DNA of 64,000 bases from a plasmid. Each line of letters begins with the position of its first letter. Position 1 is the first letter of the stretch. The stretch is from sequence record NZ_CP090008.1, one strand, 5' to 3'. Shown here in pieces: positions 7,895-17,294 of the stretch. A program made the translations under genes and the position numbers. The notes under the pieces were generated by a model, which was given only the letters and a program-made list of their open reading frames with translations, was not told the DNA's origin and made no database searches.

Positions 7895-8881
7895 ATGAGC
7901 TACCATCATTTTACTATAGATGAACGTGAAAGCATTCTCGTTTACCGTACGCATGACCTAAATTTTTCTCAAATTGCTAAATCACTTCATCGTCATTAGT
8001 CTAGCAGTAGTGGTGAGTGGCAACGACATCTTAAAGAAGGAAGCTATTCTCCAAGTCATGCATAGGAATCTTATCATATGGCTAAATCACACTGTGGGCG
8101 GAAACGTATGCTTGAAATAGATCACAATTTAAGCAATACCGTCAAACATCTATTTCTCGATTACCAATGGTCTCCCGAAGAAATAGAAGGTCGGTTGCGA
8201 TTAGAGTATGGAAAAACTGTTATTAGTTATCAAACAATCTATAGAGCCATTTACAGAGGGCATTTTGATGATAACTCACTATCTCATGGTGCTCGTGGTG
8301 TCATTCGAAAGCTCCGTCATCGTGGTAAAACACGTCATACAAAAGGTTATGTCGAAAATAGAGGGAAAATCTCTATATCTCATACAATTCACGAAAGACT
8401 AGAAGATGCTAATAACCGAACTAGAATAGGAGATTGGGAAGCCGATACTGTTGCAGGTAAAACTAGAAAAGCTTGTTTAGTGACTCTAACTGACCGTTAT
8501 TCTCGTTTTCTAAAAATCCAGAAGGTAGCTGTCAAGAAAAGCAAGTTGGTAATAGAAGCTATGGTAAAAATGTTAGAGCCCTTGACGAAGCATACAATAA
8601 CTCCTGATAGAGGGAAAGAATTCACGTATCATCAGAAATTGAGCGATCAATTGAACATTGAAGTCTATTTTCCTGACCCTCATGCTCCATGGCAACGAGG
8701 AACCAATGAGAACACGAAAGGATTACTTTGAGAGTATTTTCCAAAGGGTAGTGATCTAACATTGGTTGATGATCAGACTATTCAGCTGTGGGAGAACAAA
8801 CTTAATAATAGGCCACGAAAATGTCTTAACTGGAAAACACCTTATGAAGTATTCTATGGGGAAAGTATGCACTTAATTTGA
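7895..8881 (+). pseudogene. IS30-family transposase, inactivated (two in-frame stops near N-terminus, frameshift near C-terminus)
   Basis: MSYHHFTIDERESILVYRTHDLNFSQIAKSLHRH* …; DDE core …GDWEADTV…; C-terminal continues in another frame to 8881. Confidence 0.75.
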
Positions 8882-8953
8882 CAATTCAAGAGTAAAATAA
8901 ATTTAGAAGACATATTTTTATTTGATTTAAGTTATTTGATTTAAGGAGGCGAA

Positions 8954-9745
8954 ATGCTACTAGCTGTAATAAGAAGAAACTGGCAGATGTATAAAAGATA
9001 TTTTCCAGTAACATTGTTTTTTAATAGGGGTTTGGATGCTGGTTTTACTCTATTAGGTTTGTGGTTAATAGCGAATTTTTTATTCGCAAATAACATTAAA
9101 GTTGGTAATGCTATAGAGTACTCAGATTACTTCAGTTATGCTGCAGTAGGATTGGTTTATTATAATGCATCAATTGCTATTCTGATGAATGTAGGGAGAG
9201 CATTAATAACAGAAGTTAGAGAAGGCACTCTTGAAAGTACATTAGTATCTCCTTTTAACATTGTCTATTATTACTTAGGAATCTTTTTAGAGCAGTTTGT
9301 AAGGACCTTTTTGGAATTTCTATTTTCTTATATAATTGCTATTTTGCTCGGTGCAGATTTACAACAAATTACATTACTGATTTTATTGCTTGGCTTCTTA
9401 TATGTTTCGATTTGCTCTTTTTCGATGGGGGTATTCCTATCAAATATAATGTTGTGGTTTAGGGATACATTCATTAGTCAAAATACAATTTTTCTGATAA
9501 TCTTCTTGGTCTCAGGCATTACCTTTCCAATAGAATTATTGCCAAAATTTTTAAGGGTGATTAGTAATTTTATACCGTTAACATATTCTATTAAGGCAAT
9601 AAGAACCTTATATTTGGAAACCCAGACGAGTATGATCAATCTTAGCTTTATACAAGGTTTACTACTTTCAATATTATACTTCTTGATAGGGATTCTGGTA
9701 TATAATAAGGTTGAGAAAAAAATTGTAAGTGATGTTTCATATTAA
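8954..9745 (+). CDS. ABC-2 type transporter permease
   Basis: 6-TM hydrophobic profile, 263 aa, translationally coupled to ATPase. Confidence 0.6.
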   Translation: MLLAVIRRNWQMYKRYFPVTLFFNRGLDAGFTLLGLWLIANFLFANNIKVGNAIEYSDYFSYAAVGLVYYNASIAILMNVGRALITEVREGTLESTLVSPFNIVYYYLGIFLEQFVRTFLEFLFSYIIAILLGADLQQITLLILLLGFLYVSICSFSMGVFLSNIMLWFRDTFISQNTIFLIIFLVSGITFPIELLPKFLRVISNFIPLTYSIKAIRTLYLETQTSMINLSFIQGLLLSILYFLIGILVYNKVEKKIVSDVSY

Positions 9746-10744
9746 GTGAAGGAGAGAAATAAAATGTATGAAGTATTCAATATTTCAAAAGATTATGTAA
9801 CAAAAAAGAGAATAGGATTGTTTAAACATAAAAAAGAAGTTAAAAAAGCTATACAAGATGTAAATTTATCAGTCCCTAGAGGTAAAATTATTGGTGTTTT
9901 AGGAGAAAATGGTGCAGGGAAAACAACTTTAATAAAGATGATGACAACACTTCTATCAAGTGATACTGGAAAAATTTTGATAGATGGAGTTGACATTAAT
10001 CAAAATGTAAAAAATACTCGAAAAAGGATCAACATCATTAGTGGAGGAGAAAAAAATCTCTATTGGAGATTGACTGCAGTTGAAAATTTACTCTATTTTG
10101 CTTCTCTGTACGGTCTTCCAAAGAAAGAGGCATTACCTAAGATAGATAATTTATTGAATGAATTAGGGCTTTGGGAAAGTAAGGATACTCCTGTAGAAAA
10201 ATTTTCAAAGGGAATGAAGCAACGCTTACAAATTGCTAAAGGACTAATCAATGATCCAGAATATTTATTTCTTGATGAACCTACACTAGGTCTAGATGTC
10301 AGTATTGCTTACGAGTTGAGAAAAAAATTAAAAGAGATAGCGGCTAAGCGGAATACAGGAATTTTGTTAACAACTCACTACATGGCTGAAGCAGATGAAT
10401 TATGTGATTATATTTATTTTTTAAAACATGGTAAAGTAATTGTGTCAGGTACCAAAACACAGGTTTTTGAACAATTACAGATGACACCAGAGCTTCATGT
10501 CATCCTTTCAGATAGGGATGATGAAAATTCTTCAAAGCTGGCTCAAGTTAGTCGTTTATTTCCATGTATAATTTTGGAAAAATTTGGTAGTAGTATATTG
10601 TTGAAATTCTCTCTTTCAGAATATAATGTGCAGGATATAATAAAAAGCCTATATAATAATCAAATTGAAATTAAGGAAATAAGATATAATGAGCCTACTC
10701 TTGAAAATGTTATTCTAAATTTAGGAGGAAAGAGCTTAAAATGA
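9746..10744 (+). CDS. ABC transporter ATP-binding protein
   Basis: Walker A GENGAGKTT, signature FSKGMKQRL, Walker B LFLDEPT. Confidence 0.85.
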   Translation: MKERNKMYEVFNISKDYVTKKRIGLFKHKKEVKKAIQDVNLSVPRGKIIGVLGENGAGKTTLIKMMTTLLSSDTGKILIDGVDINQNVKNTRKRINIISGGEKNLYWRLTAVENLLYFASLYGLPKKEALPKIDNLLNELGLWESKDTPVEKFSKGMKQRLQIAKGLINDPEYLFLDEPTLGLDVSIAYELRKKLKEIAAKRNTGILLTTHYMAEADELCDYIYFLKHGKVIVSGTKTQVFEQLQMTPELHVILSDRDDENSSKLAQVSRLFPCIILEKFGSSILLKFSLSEYNVQDIIKSLYNNQIEIKEIRYNEPTLENVILNLGGKSLK

Positions 10745-11535
10745 ATTCGATAATAGTTAGTACTTTTAAGAGTGAATTTAGAAGAACATTTTTAAATGAC
10801 AGTATTAATAAATTTTATTTTTTTTCAATGATACTTTGGCCAATTATTTCTCTAATTCAAATTTTTTACAATATGCAAGCCTTTCCAATTACGGATATAC
10901 AAATAGCATCTCTAAGATATGAAGACCAATTAATTTATTTTATATTTATTGGTTATTGTGTTTACATCATTTTTTCAAATGCTGTTCAGAGTGCATGGAG
11001 GCTTGGTGGAGAACGATATCAAGGAACTCTTAGTCAAATTTTTATTGCTCCAATTAAAAAAAATCTATGGCTTTATGCACGTACCTTATCACTTATTTTA
11101 AGTAATTCATGGTTTTTTATCACTATTTTTATTATTGGAAATTTTGTCTATTCTGATGCTTATGAATATATTCTTGCGTCCACTTTTATTTTAGTTGTTG
11201 CATCCTGGATTTGGGCAAGTTTCTTAGGTAGTATTTGTATCAGTTTGAGAGATGCAACGGTAGTTTATGTATTATTGGAGAGCTCTCAAAATACTTTTAG
11301 TGGTGCTAAAGTTCCATTATCAAAATCACCTCGATTAATAAAAGTTATAGGGAGTTTATTTCCCATTAGCTACACAATTATTTATCTAAGAGATATACTT
11401 CTTTATAAAGAGATTATAAGTATAAGTGCTATTTGGTGCTTATGCATAAATATCTTTGTTATTTTATTAACGAAGATAGTGTTAGAAGTTGGAGAAAGAC
11501 ACATGAAAAAAGTGGGCAGTTTTGATTTATTTTGA
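10741..11535 (+). CDS. ABC-2 type transporter permease (second)
   Basis: Multi-TM, overlaps ATPase stop (ATGA). Confidence 0.6.
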   Translation: MNSIIVSTFKSEFRRTFLNDSINKFYFFSMILWPIISLIQIFYNMQAFPITDIQIASLRYEDQLIYFIFIGYCVYIIFSNAVQSAWRLGGERYQGTLSQIFIAPIKKNLWLYARTLSLILSNSWFFITIFIIGNFVYSDAYEYILASTFILVVASWIWASFLGSICISLRDATVVYVLLESSQNTFSGAKVPLSKSPRLIKVIGSLFPISYTIIYLRDILLYKEIISISAIWCLCINIFVILLTKIVLEVGERHMKKVGSFDLF

Positions 11536-11766
11536 ATCGTGCTTAACTAGCTATTTAAATTTAGAGTAATTATTTCATTTAATTTATATTTTATCAATAA
11601 TAAAGGGGTAGTACTAAGGAAAAATTATATAGAGAGTTAGCTGAATCCTCTTCGAAACTCAGTGAAAAATAGTTCAATTATTGTTTCGTCAGATCAACAC
11701 GATTTAATCATTTGATACAATGCTCATATCTTTCAATACTCAATTGTTTTTACAACTTTTGGATGT

Positions 11767-11976
11767 TTAATTTATACAGTCTACGATTTCTACCATATTT
11801 TCAACCTTGCAATCAAGTGCAATACATATTTTCAATAAAATATCAGTAGTGATATTTTCCCCTTTTCCTAATTTTGCTAGAGAAGAGGAGCTAATCCCTA
11901 CTTCTTGCCGGAGCTTTGTTTTGATTCAACCTTTATCAATGAGAAGTTTCCATAATTTATTATAACTAAACTTCAT
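11767..11976 (-). pseudogene. XRE-family HTH regulator with internal stop (MKFSYNKLWKLLIDKG*IKTKLRQEVGISSSSLAKLGKGENITTDILLKICIALDC…)
   Basis: Manual translation of minus strand. Confidence 0.6.
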
Positions 11977-12593
11977 CTGAGTTTTTTCCTTTGTTCCATG
12001 AAATACCGTAGAGTTCATTTCCGTTACTAGAGAGTCTCAGTACAGTATTTTCTGACAAGAGATGATTAGCTTCTGGATAATACGAGATAGCTTTATCAAA
12101 GGATAAAAAGACTTGTTTGTTCAATGATTTTGATTGGTCATATAGCTTCAACAGGGCTTCGGTTGCTTGGTAACTAATATTACTTAAGAGTAATGAATCA
12201 TGGGCAAGTGCTGGAAGATTAGTTAGATAGAGTATTGCTAAATCGTACAATATCATTCCTTTGAACTTAGTTCCTGTACCGTCGTCGTCAGGGGTATAGA
12301 AGGAATAGCTATTATAGGTTCTGAGGATAATTTGAGGAGCTTTGCGAATATCTGGATAAAGGAAATCATTGAATTCTCGCATTTTAGCATTGATTTTTCC
12401 TTCTAGCTCTATTAGAATGTGATCCAACGCTACTGTATTTTCAAAACTAATATATTCTGTTGGGTTTTCAATCCCATAAACAGATTGCAGTAGGTCTAGC
12501 CAAAAAGACTGGCTCTCTTGTCTTTCTCTACCACGGTTTTCCCAACGCTTAATAAAAGCCTTGGCTTGTTTTTTTCTGTTCTCTAGTGTTCAT
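11966..12593 (-). pseudogene. N-terminal fragment (frameshifted, truncated ~200 aa) of MmeI/PglX-like type IIG RM / BREX-type DNA methyltransferase
   Basis: …AFIKRWENRGRERQESQSFWLDLLQSVYGI…FENTVALDHILIELEGKI is the conserved N-terminus (PD-ExK region) of this family; stop after 16 codons then frame change; no MTase domain follows. Confidence 0.55.
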
Positions 12594-12705
12594 TACTACT
12601 AATTCTTTCTAAATAGACTCGGTGTCATTGTACCATATATTTCTACTGTATTTTAGTAGGTATTATCTACATTAACTAACTGTCAAGTGACTAGATATAA
12701 CTTGG

Positions 12706-12722
12706 GGGGTGTCACACCCCCT
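12706..12722. promoter_or_regulatory. 17-bp perfect GC-rich palindrome GGGGGTGTCACACCCCC ~35 bp upstream of -10 (TATACT) of gene 12765
   Basis: Direct reading. Confidence 0.4.
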
Positions 12723-12764
12723 AAGTCTCTTTTTTAAAACATAGAAAGGTGCTATACTAAGTCC

Positions 12765-13355
12765 ATGAAAAAAGATTCTAAGTACATTATTACTTTGGTG
12801 GTCATTTTCCTCGCTCTTGGAGTCATGTTTTTGGTCTCTGCCTTAATGAAGAAAAATGAACCGAAGAAAAAAATAACACCCCCTAGCACCGAACAGGTGA
12901 TTGAAGATTCATCCTCGGAAGACATTCTAAAAGAAGATAAGTATGAGAGATGGCGTAAAGAGGCACTTGCGACCTTAGAAACACAAACACCTGCAGATGA
13001 TGCTGACACGCAAACTGTAAAGAATGCTTTGAAAGAAATGTGTTCTTATGTTGAGACTGTTCAGAACGTAACCGATGTTAAGCCAGATTATCAAAATCAC
13101 TTAACTATTACTAGCACTAAGATGCAGTATGAGCTTGTAGCGAAATTCATGCTAGGTTATAAGTACTCTGATGCTAAAACGCAAGTATTTAAAGCTAAAG
13201 CGGACAATGTTCGTCAGTTTGTCCTTGAGGTTGCTAACCCAGATGGTGCAAAACTCTATTTCTGTGGGAATTACGTTATGGGAACAACTCAAATAGAAGT
13301 AACATCAGTTCATGGAGTAGCTGAAGCTGATCATGCTGAACATGGACATGATTAA
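12765..13355 (+). CDS. Hypothetical membrane-anchored secreted protein (N-terminal TM, His-rich C-terminus)
   Basis: ORF with N-terminal hydrophobic helix. Confidence 0.5.
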   Translation: MKKDSKYIITLVVIFLALGVMFLVSALMKKNEPKKKITPPSTEQVIEDSSSEDILKEDKYERWRKEALATLETQTPADDADTQTVKNALKEMCSYVETVQNVTDVKPDYQNHLTITSTKMQYELVAKFMLGYKYSDAKTQVFKAKADNVRQFVLEVANPDGAKLYFCGNYVMGTTQIEVTSVHGVAEADHAEHGHD

Positions 13356-13559
13356 ACGTAGTCAATCCGTCTTACATATCTTGTTTAGCTTCATCAAGAG
13401 ATGGAGCTTTTCTTTATCTATTCAACTCTAATAGGAATTTTTGTCCCTGTGTAAGTGCATATCTTCTTAATCCTTGATATAATAGTGCCATAGCACAGGG
13501 ATTAAAGAATTGGTGATAATAAGAGAATAGGATTAAAGAACGATTGGAGATGAGGAGTC

Positions 13560-14132
13560 ATGGAAAAAGAAACAAAGCGTCTTTTAAGGAAGTTGGTCAG
13601 ATTATTTGACGGACAGACTAAGGAATATCTTTTAAAATATACTGATGATGTTGCTGAGTTAAATATTGAAGAACAAAATAAACTAGCTCAAGAGTTACCG
13701 GCTAGACACTTAAGTGCTGAAATTTTAAGTGATATTCAACGAATTAAAAACGGTGAAGAACCACGTTTCTTTACTAAGGATGGACAATATAAGGGACTAT
13801 GTGTTGAAGAATACAACCAGCGTGACTTTATGACTCGTCAGCAACGTTACGTTCTAAGTTGGGCGTTTGGAATGCTACTCTTTTTGGCAGTCTTTACAAT
13901 TGTATCTTGGAACTTTGTTCCCAACGTTATCCAAAAAATGGAAACTAGTACATCACTATTGAACTATACTGAGAACTATGGCACTCGTCCTGAACAGGTC
14001 TTTGCAATGGTTGTATGTGGTGTTTTATTGATATTACTTTCGGTAGTTGTTTCACTAGTATGTTTGAAGAGGTATCGTAAAAATACTGAAGAACCTATCA
14101 ATGTTGTATTAACCGATGATTTGAGATTATAA
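13560..14132 (+). CDS. Hypothetical membrane protein (2 TM)
   Basis: ORF, hydrophobic segments. Confidence 0.45.
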   Translation: MEKETKRLLRKLVRLFDGQTKEYLLKYTDDVAELNIEEQNKLAQELPARHLSAEILSDIQRIKNGEEPRFFTKDGQYKGLCVEEYNQRDFMTRQQRYVLSWAFGMLLFLAVFTIVSWNFVPNVIQKMETSTSLLNYTENYGTRPEQVFAMVVCGVLLILLSVVVSLVCLKRYRKNTEEPINVVLTDDLRL

Positions 14133-14566
14133 AAGCTGAAGCTTAAGCTTTGGCTTTTTTGGTGTTTTTAAACTTGATCGCTACATGTTACTGGGAAAAT
14201 GTAGAGTGTCATAATGGGACTTTACGGTACTTGATATTTCCTAATTAAATAAATATATAGCCAGATCATTTTCAATGTTACATAATAAAAAGATAAAAGT
14301 ACATGTAACTCGCACTTTATTATTAATTTGTTTGTACATGATTGAATACAGGAACAGGTGCATTGTTAATGCGCTTGTTTTATATATCTATATTGATAAA
14401 ATATAATCATGAGATAAATAAAAAACTAAGGGAACAGAATTCAGTATCATTTTGATTTAATAGTCTTTCTGTTTTATCTAGTAAAATAGATATTTGGTTT
14501 AGCTAGATAAAGTAATCAAGGACTTTTAGTATAATGTGACGAATTCGGAAATGAAAGGAAAAAGTA

Positions 14567-14791
14567 ATGTTTGATAAGTTAGATTATAGTATGAAGATGA
14601 TGGCTCGAGAAATTGAAGGCCTAGAATTTGTTGAAGGAAAATACCTTCTGGATCCTAATGACCCTAAAGCTTTCAATTCGATGGAGGAAATTGAGCTTTA
14701 TAAGGAATTGGCGAAGAAGTCAGCTATTGAGTTTCTTAAGGAAGAACCAGAATATTCTTCAAATCCATTTGAAGAGCTTATGAAAGATTGA
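14567..14791 (+). CDS. Hypothetical small protein
   Basis: ORF with SD (GGAAAAAG). Confidence 0.35.
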   Translation: MFDKLDYSMKMMAREIEGLEFVEGKYLLDPNDPKAFNSMEEIELYKELAKKSAIEFLKEEPEYSSNPFEELMKD

Positions 14792-14903
14792 GGAGAAGTA
14801 GCATAGCCTATGGTTCCGTTACTAGAACTTCAATACAATTTATTGATAACAAATGGCAATTCACCATAGTTAATTATAGTTGTTAGTACTTGGGAGGTAA
14901 AAA

Positions 14904-15662
14904 ATGACTTCAGTAACAAACCTAATAAAGGTAGTGAAACAGCCTAGAGGTGGTTACATACCATTGAAGCAGTTTTCAGCGATTACCTTAGATGACGGAA
15001 AAACCTTGAATTCAGATGAGTCTGTATCGCCTGGACTTGTTGGTCTGGCTGTAGACTATCTAACACGTTTGATGAATGGTGCTCAGCCCAAAGAAGCGTT
15101 TAAGATTTCTTTAAATGGAGCGTATCTGGTTGGTGAATTTGATAAGGCTATTTCACTATTAGACCAAATTGTTGGACTAGATAATCAATCAATTGCTGCT
15201 GCATGTATTCTGGTGGGTTATGATGTTGCTTTTAGAGCAGGGCCTGCTCGTTTTATGACAGTTGATACTATTCACGCTGATGAAGCCACGATTGAAAATA
15301 TTCGTATCATGGTACAGCGAAGTCTACACTTCTTTGAAATCTATGGGCCAATCACTTTAGATGGATTTACATTCGACTCTGCATATACGGACACAATCAC
15401 ATCAGGTGATGGAGATTACTTAACCAAGGATACTCTCTGGGATTTCAAGGTCATAAAATCAAAACCAAATAAGGACTATACGCTGCAGGTTCTTATATAC
15501 TATTTAATGGGGATTCGTTCCAATCAACCAGAGTTCTTGAGTATATCAAAGCTGGGTTTCTTTAATCCACGACAAAATGTAGTTTATCAGACAGCCATAG
15601 CTGATATTCCTAAGGAAGTTATTGAGATTGTTGAAAAAAATGTTATTGGCTATCCAGACTAG
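14904..15662 (+). CDS. Hypothetical protein
   Basis: ORF with SD GGGAGG. Confidence 0.5.
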   Translation: MTSVTNLIKVVKQPRGGYIPLKQFSAITLDDGKTLNSDESVSPGLVGLAVDYLTRLMNGAQPKEAFKISLNGAYLVGEFDKAISLLDQIVGLDNQSIAAACILVGYDVAFRAGPARFMTVDTIHADEATIENIRIMVQRSLHFFEIYGPITLDGFTFDSAYTDTITSGDGDYLTKDTLWDFKVIKSKPNKDYTLQVLIYYLMGIRSNQPEFLSISKLGFFNPRQNVVYQTAIADIPKEVIEIVEKNVIGYPD

Positions 15663-15687
15663 ATAGTCTGGATTTTGGAGGTTCAAC

Positions 15688-15804
15688 ATGGAAATAGATC
15701 GTTACTGTAATAGTTGTCTAGGATACTATTCGTATGATATTGATGAAACAGATAATTACGAAAAGTGTCGTTGGTGTGGCTCAGAAGATACTGAAGAAGC
15801 CTGA
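15688..15804 (+). CDS. 38-aa zinc-ribbon peptide MEIDRYCNSCLGYYSYDIDETDNYEKCRWCGSEDTEEA
   Basis: CxxC…CxxC, SD GGAGG 7 nt upstream. Confidence 0.45.
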   Translation: MEIDRYCNSCLGYYSYDIDETDNYEKCRWCGSEDTEEA

Positions 15805-16616
15805 GGTTAAAGGTATCCCAATGCTATTTTCTCTCTTTGTTTTCATACACTCTTGATGCTTATTTGGAAGAGAGAGCTTTCAACACTAAATTTATCGCTT
15901 CATAGTAGGCTCTATAATTTCTGTAGTAGGTAAAACTACTGTAGAGATTATGGAGCTATTTTCTATTTTTGGGGAACAAATTACCAAAAAGCAGTTATCG
16001 AAAGAACATTAACTATATCTTTCCCTGAATACCAGTAGGAACAGACTACAAATATTACTTAAGTAGGAGATGGAAGGTTTACAACGACAGGACGAGACCT
16101 TACCCCGTAATTGGAAATTTATATTAAAGGATAGTGCAAGCGTACTTGATGGAGTGTTAGAAGAGAATGAGGCGAGGAAGCTTATTAATTTGCAAACTAA
16201 AAGCACTGTCACTTCGTACTTAGTGCCAGCAGAATAATTATTAAATAAACACCTCGCCCCAAGAATAGTGCCTAACTTCAAGTGATGAGAACTGCTGGTC
16301 AGGGGTCTGGACGAGATATAGCTTATCACTATCGTGAAACAAATCAAAGAAGCTGTGTACTGCAACAACTAGAGGAGCAGGTACAACACCGCCCTGTATC
16401 TTTAACTTTTGAATCACTGAGGGCTTTATTAAAGACAAGAAAAAGGAATTTATCAAGTAAACCTTGAAGTTGATAAAGCAACGTCTAAAAAATAGTTCAT
16501 TTTAAATGACTTTTGAAAATTTAGGGCTCTCTGCGCTTGCTCTTATAATTTCCTCTGTGCTACACTAATCTTAGTTTAAGAAAAGACGATTCAAATATCT
16601 ATGAAAGGAGAAAAAT

Positions 16617-17147
16617 ATGAACACACCTCGTATTAACCGATTTTTAGGTGAATGGTTGGACAGACAGACTAGCCCAGACTTTTTTAAAAAAGGTTTGATT
16701 CTTCTGAATGCATATGACTTTCTCGACAGTAAGGCGGATGCCATTCCTGGTCTCATCGCTCATAAAAAAAGCCCTCTACGTCGGCAATTAGATGAAGCTC
16801 TCGCTAGTCGTGGGTACTGTTATCTTAAGCCTATTAAAGTCAATGCTCAAAACTCCATTGAAGTAGAGAAGTACTATCGATTTGAAGCTACACCTAAAGG
16901 TTCCAATGAACCTATTACTTACTATGGTCTAGGTGCGTACTTTATTTACCGTGCTATATTCAATAATGAATTCGACATTGATTCTGGCTTTCAATATGAT
17001 GACGAAGAACTCTTTTATGAAGACATTGGATTTGATGCTCTATTCCATAATAAACCTGTTTTTCTATTAGGAAATACGCCCTCTGATGATATAGAGGTAT
17101 CTTGGCAGGATGTTGGGATCTCAATCCGTAGACGGGCCTTTAATTAG
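16617..17147 (+). CDS. Hypothetical protein
   Basis: ORF with SD AAAGGAG; terminator 17184-17207. Confidence 0.5.
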   Translation: MNTPRINRFLGEWLDRQTSPDFFKKGLILLNAYDFLDSKADAIPGLIAHKKSPLRRQLDEALASRGYCYLKPIKVNAQNSIEVEKYYRFEATPKGSNEPITYYGLGAYFIYRAIFNNEFDIDSGFQYDDEELFYEDIGFDALFHNKPVFLLGNTPSDDIEVSWQDVGISIRRRAFN

Positions 17148-17216
17148 TTAGACATCGAATACAATCCACGAATAGATTACATAAGAGCAGTATGCTCTTT
17201 TTTTGTGTTTTCATAG

Positions 17217-17230
17217 GGTGTCACTGGGTT
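17217..17230 (+). promoter_or_regulatory. Motif GGTGTCACTGGGTT, 21 nt upstream of TATTAT (-10) (copy 1 of 3)
   Basis: Identical 14-mer at 21256 and (reverse) 39595, each 21-22 nt from a -10 hexamer. Confidence 0.5.
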
Positions 17231-17294
17231 TGAGTCAGGGATGACTTTTGCTATTATCTGATTGTAATTTTTTTAGAAAGGAAATTGCTTATTT

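Noticed and set aside
8208-8402. 64-aa ORF inside IS30 transposase
   Set aside because: Alternative frame within the transposase pseudogene.
16009-16467. Cluster of short overlapping ORFs on both strands
   Set aside because: No SD sequences, mutual overlap and no recognisable motifs; the region looks like degraded/non-coding DNA.
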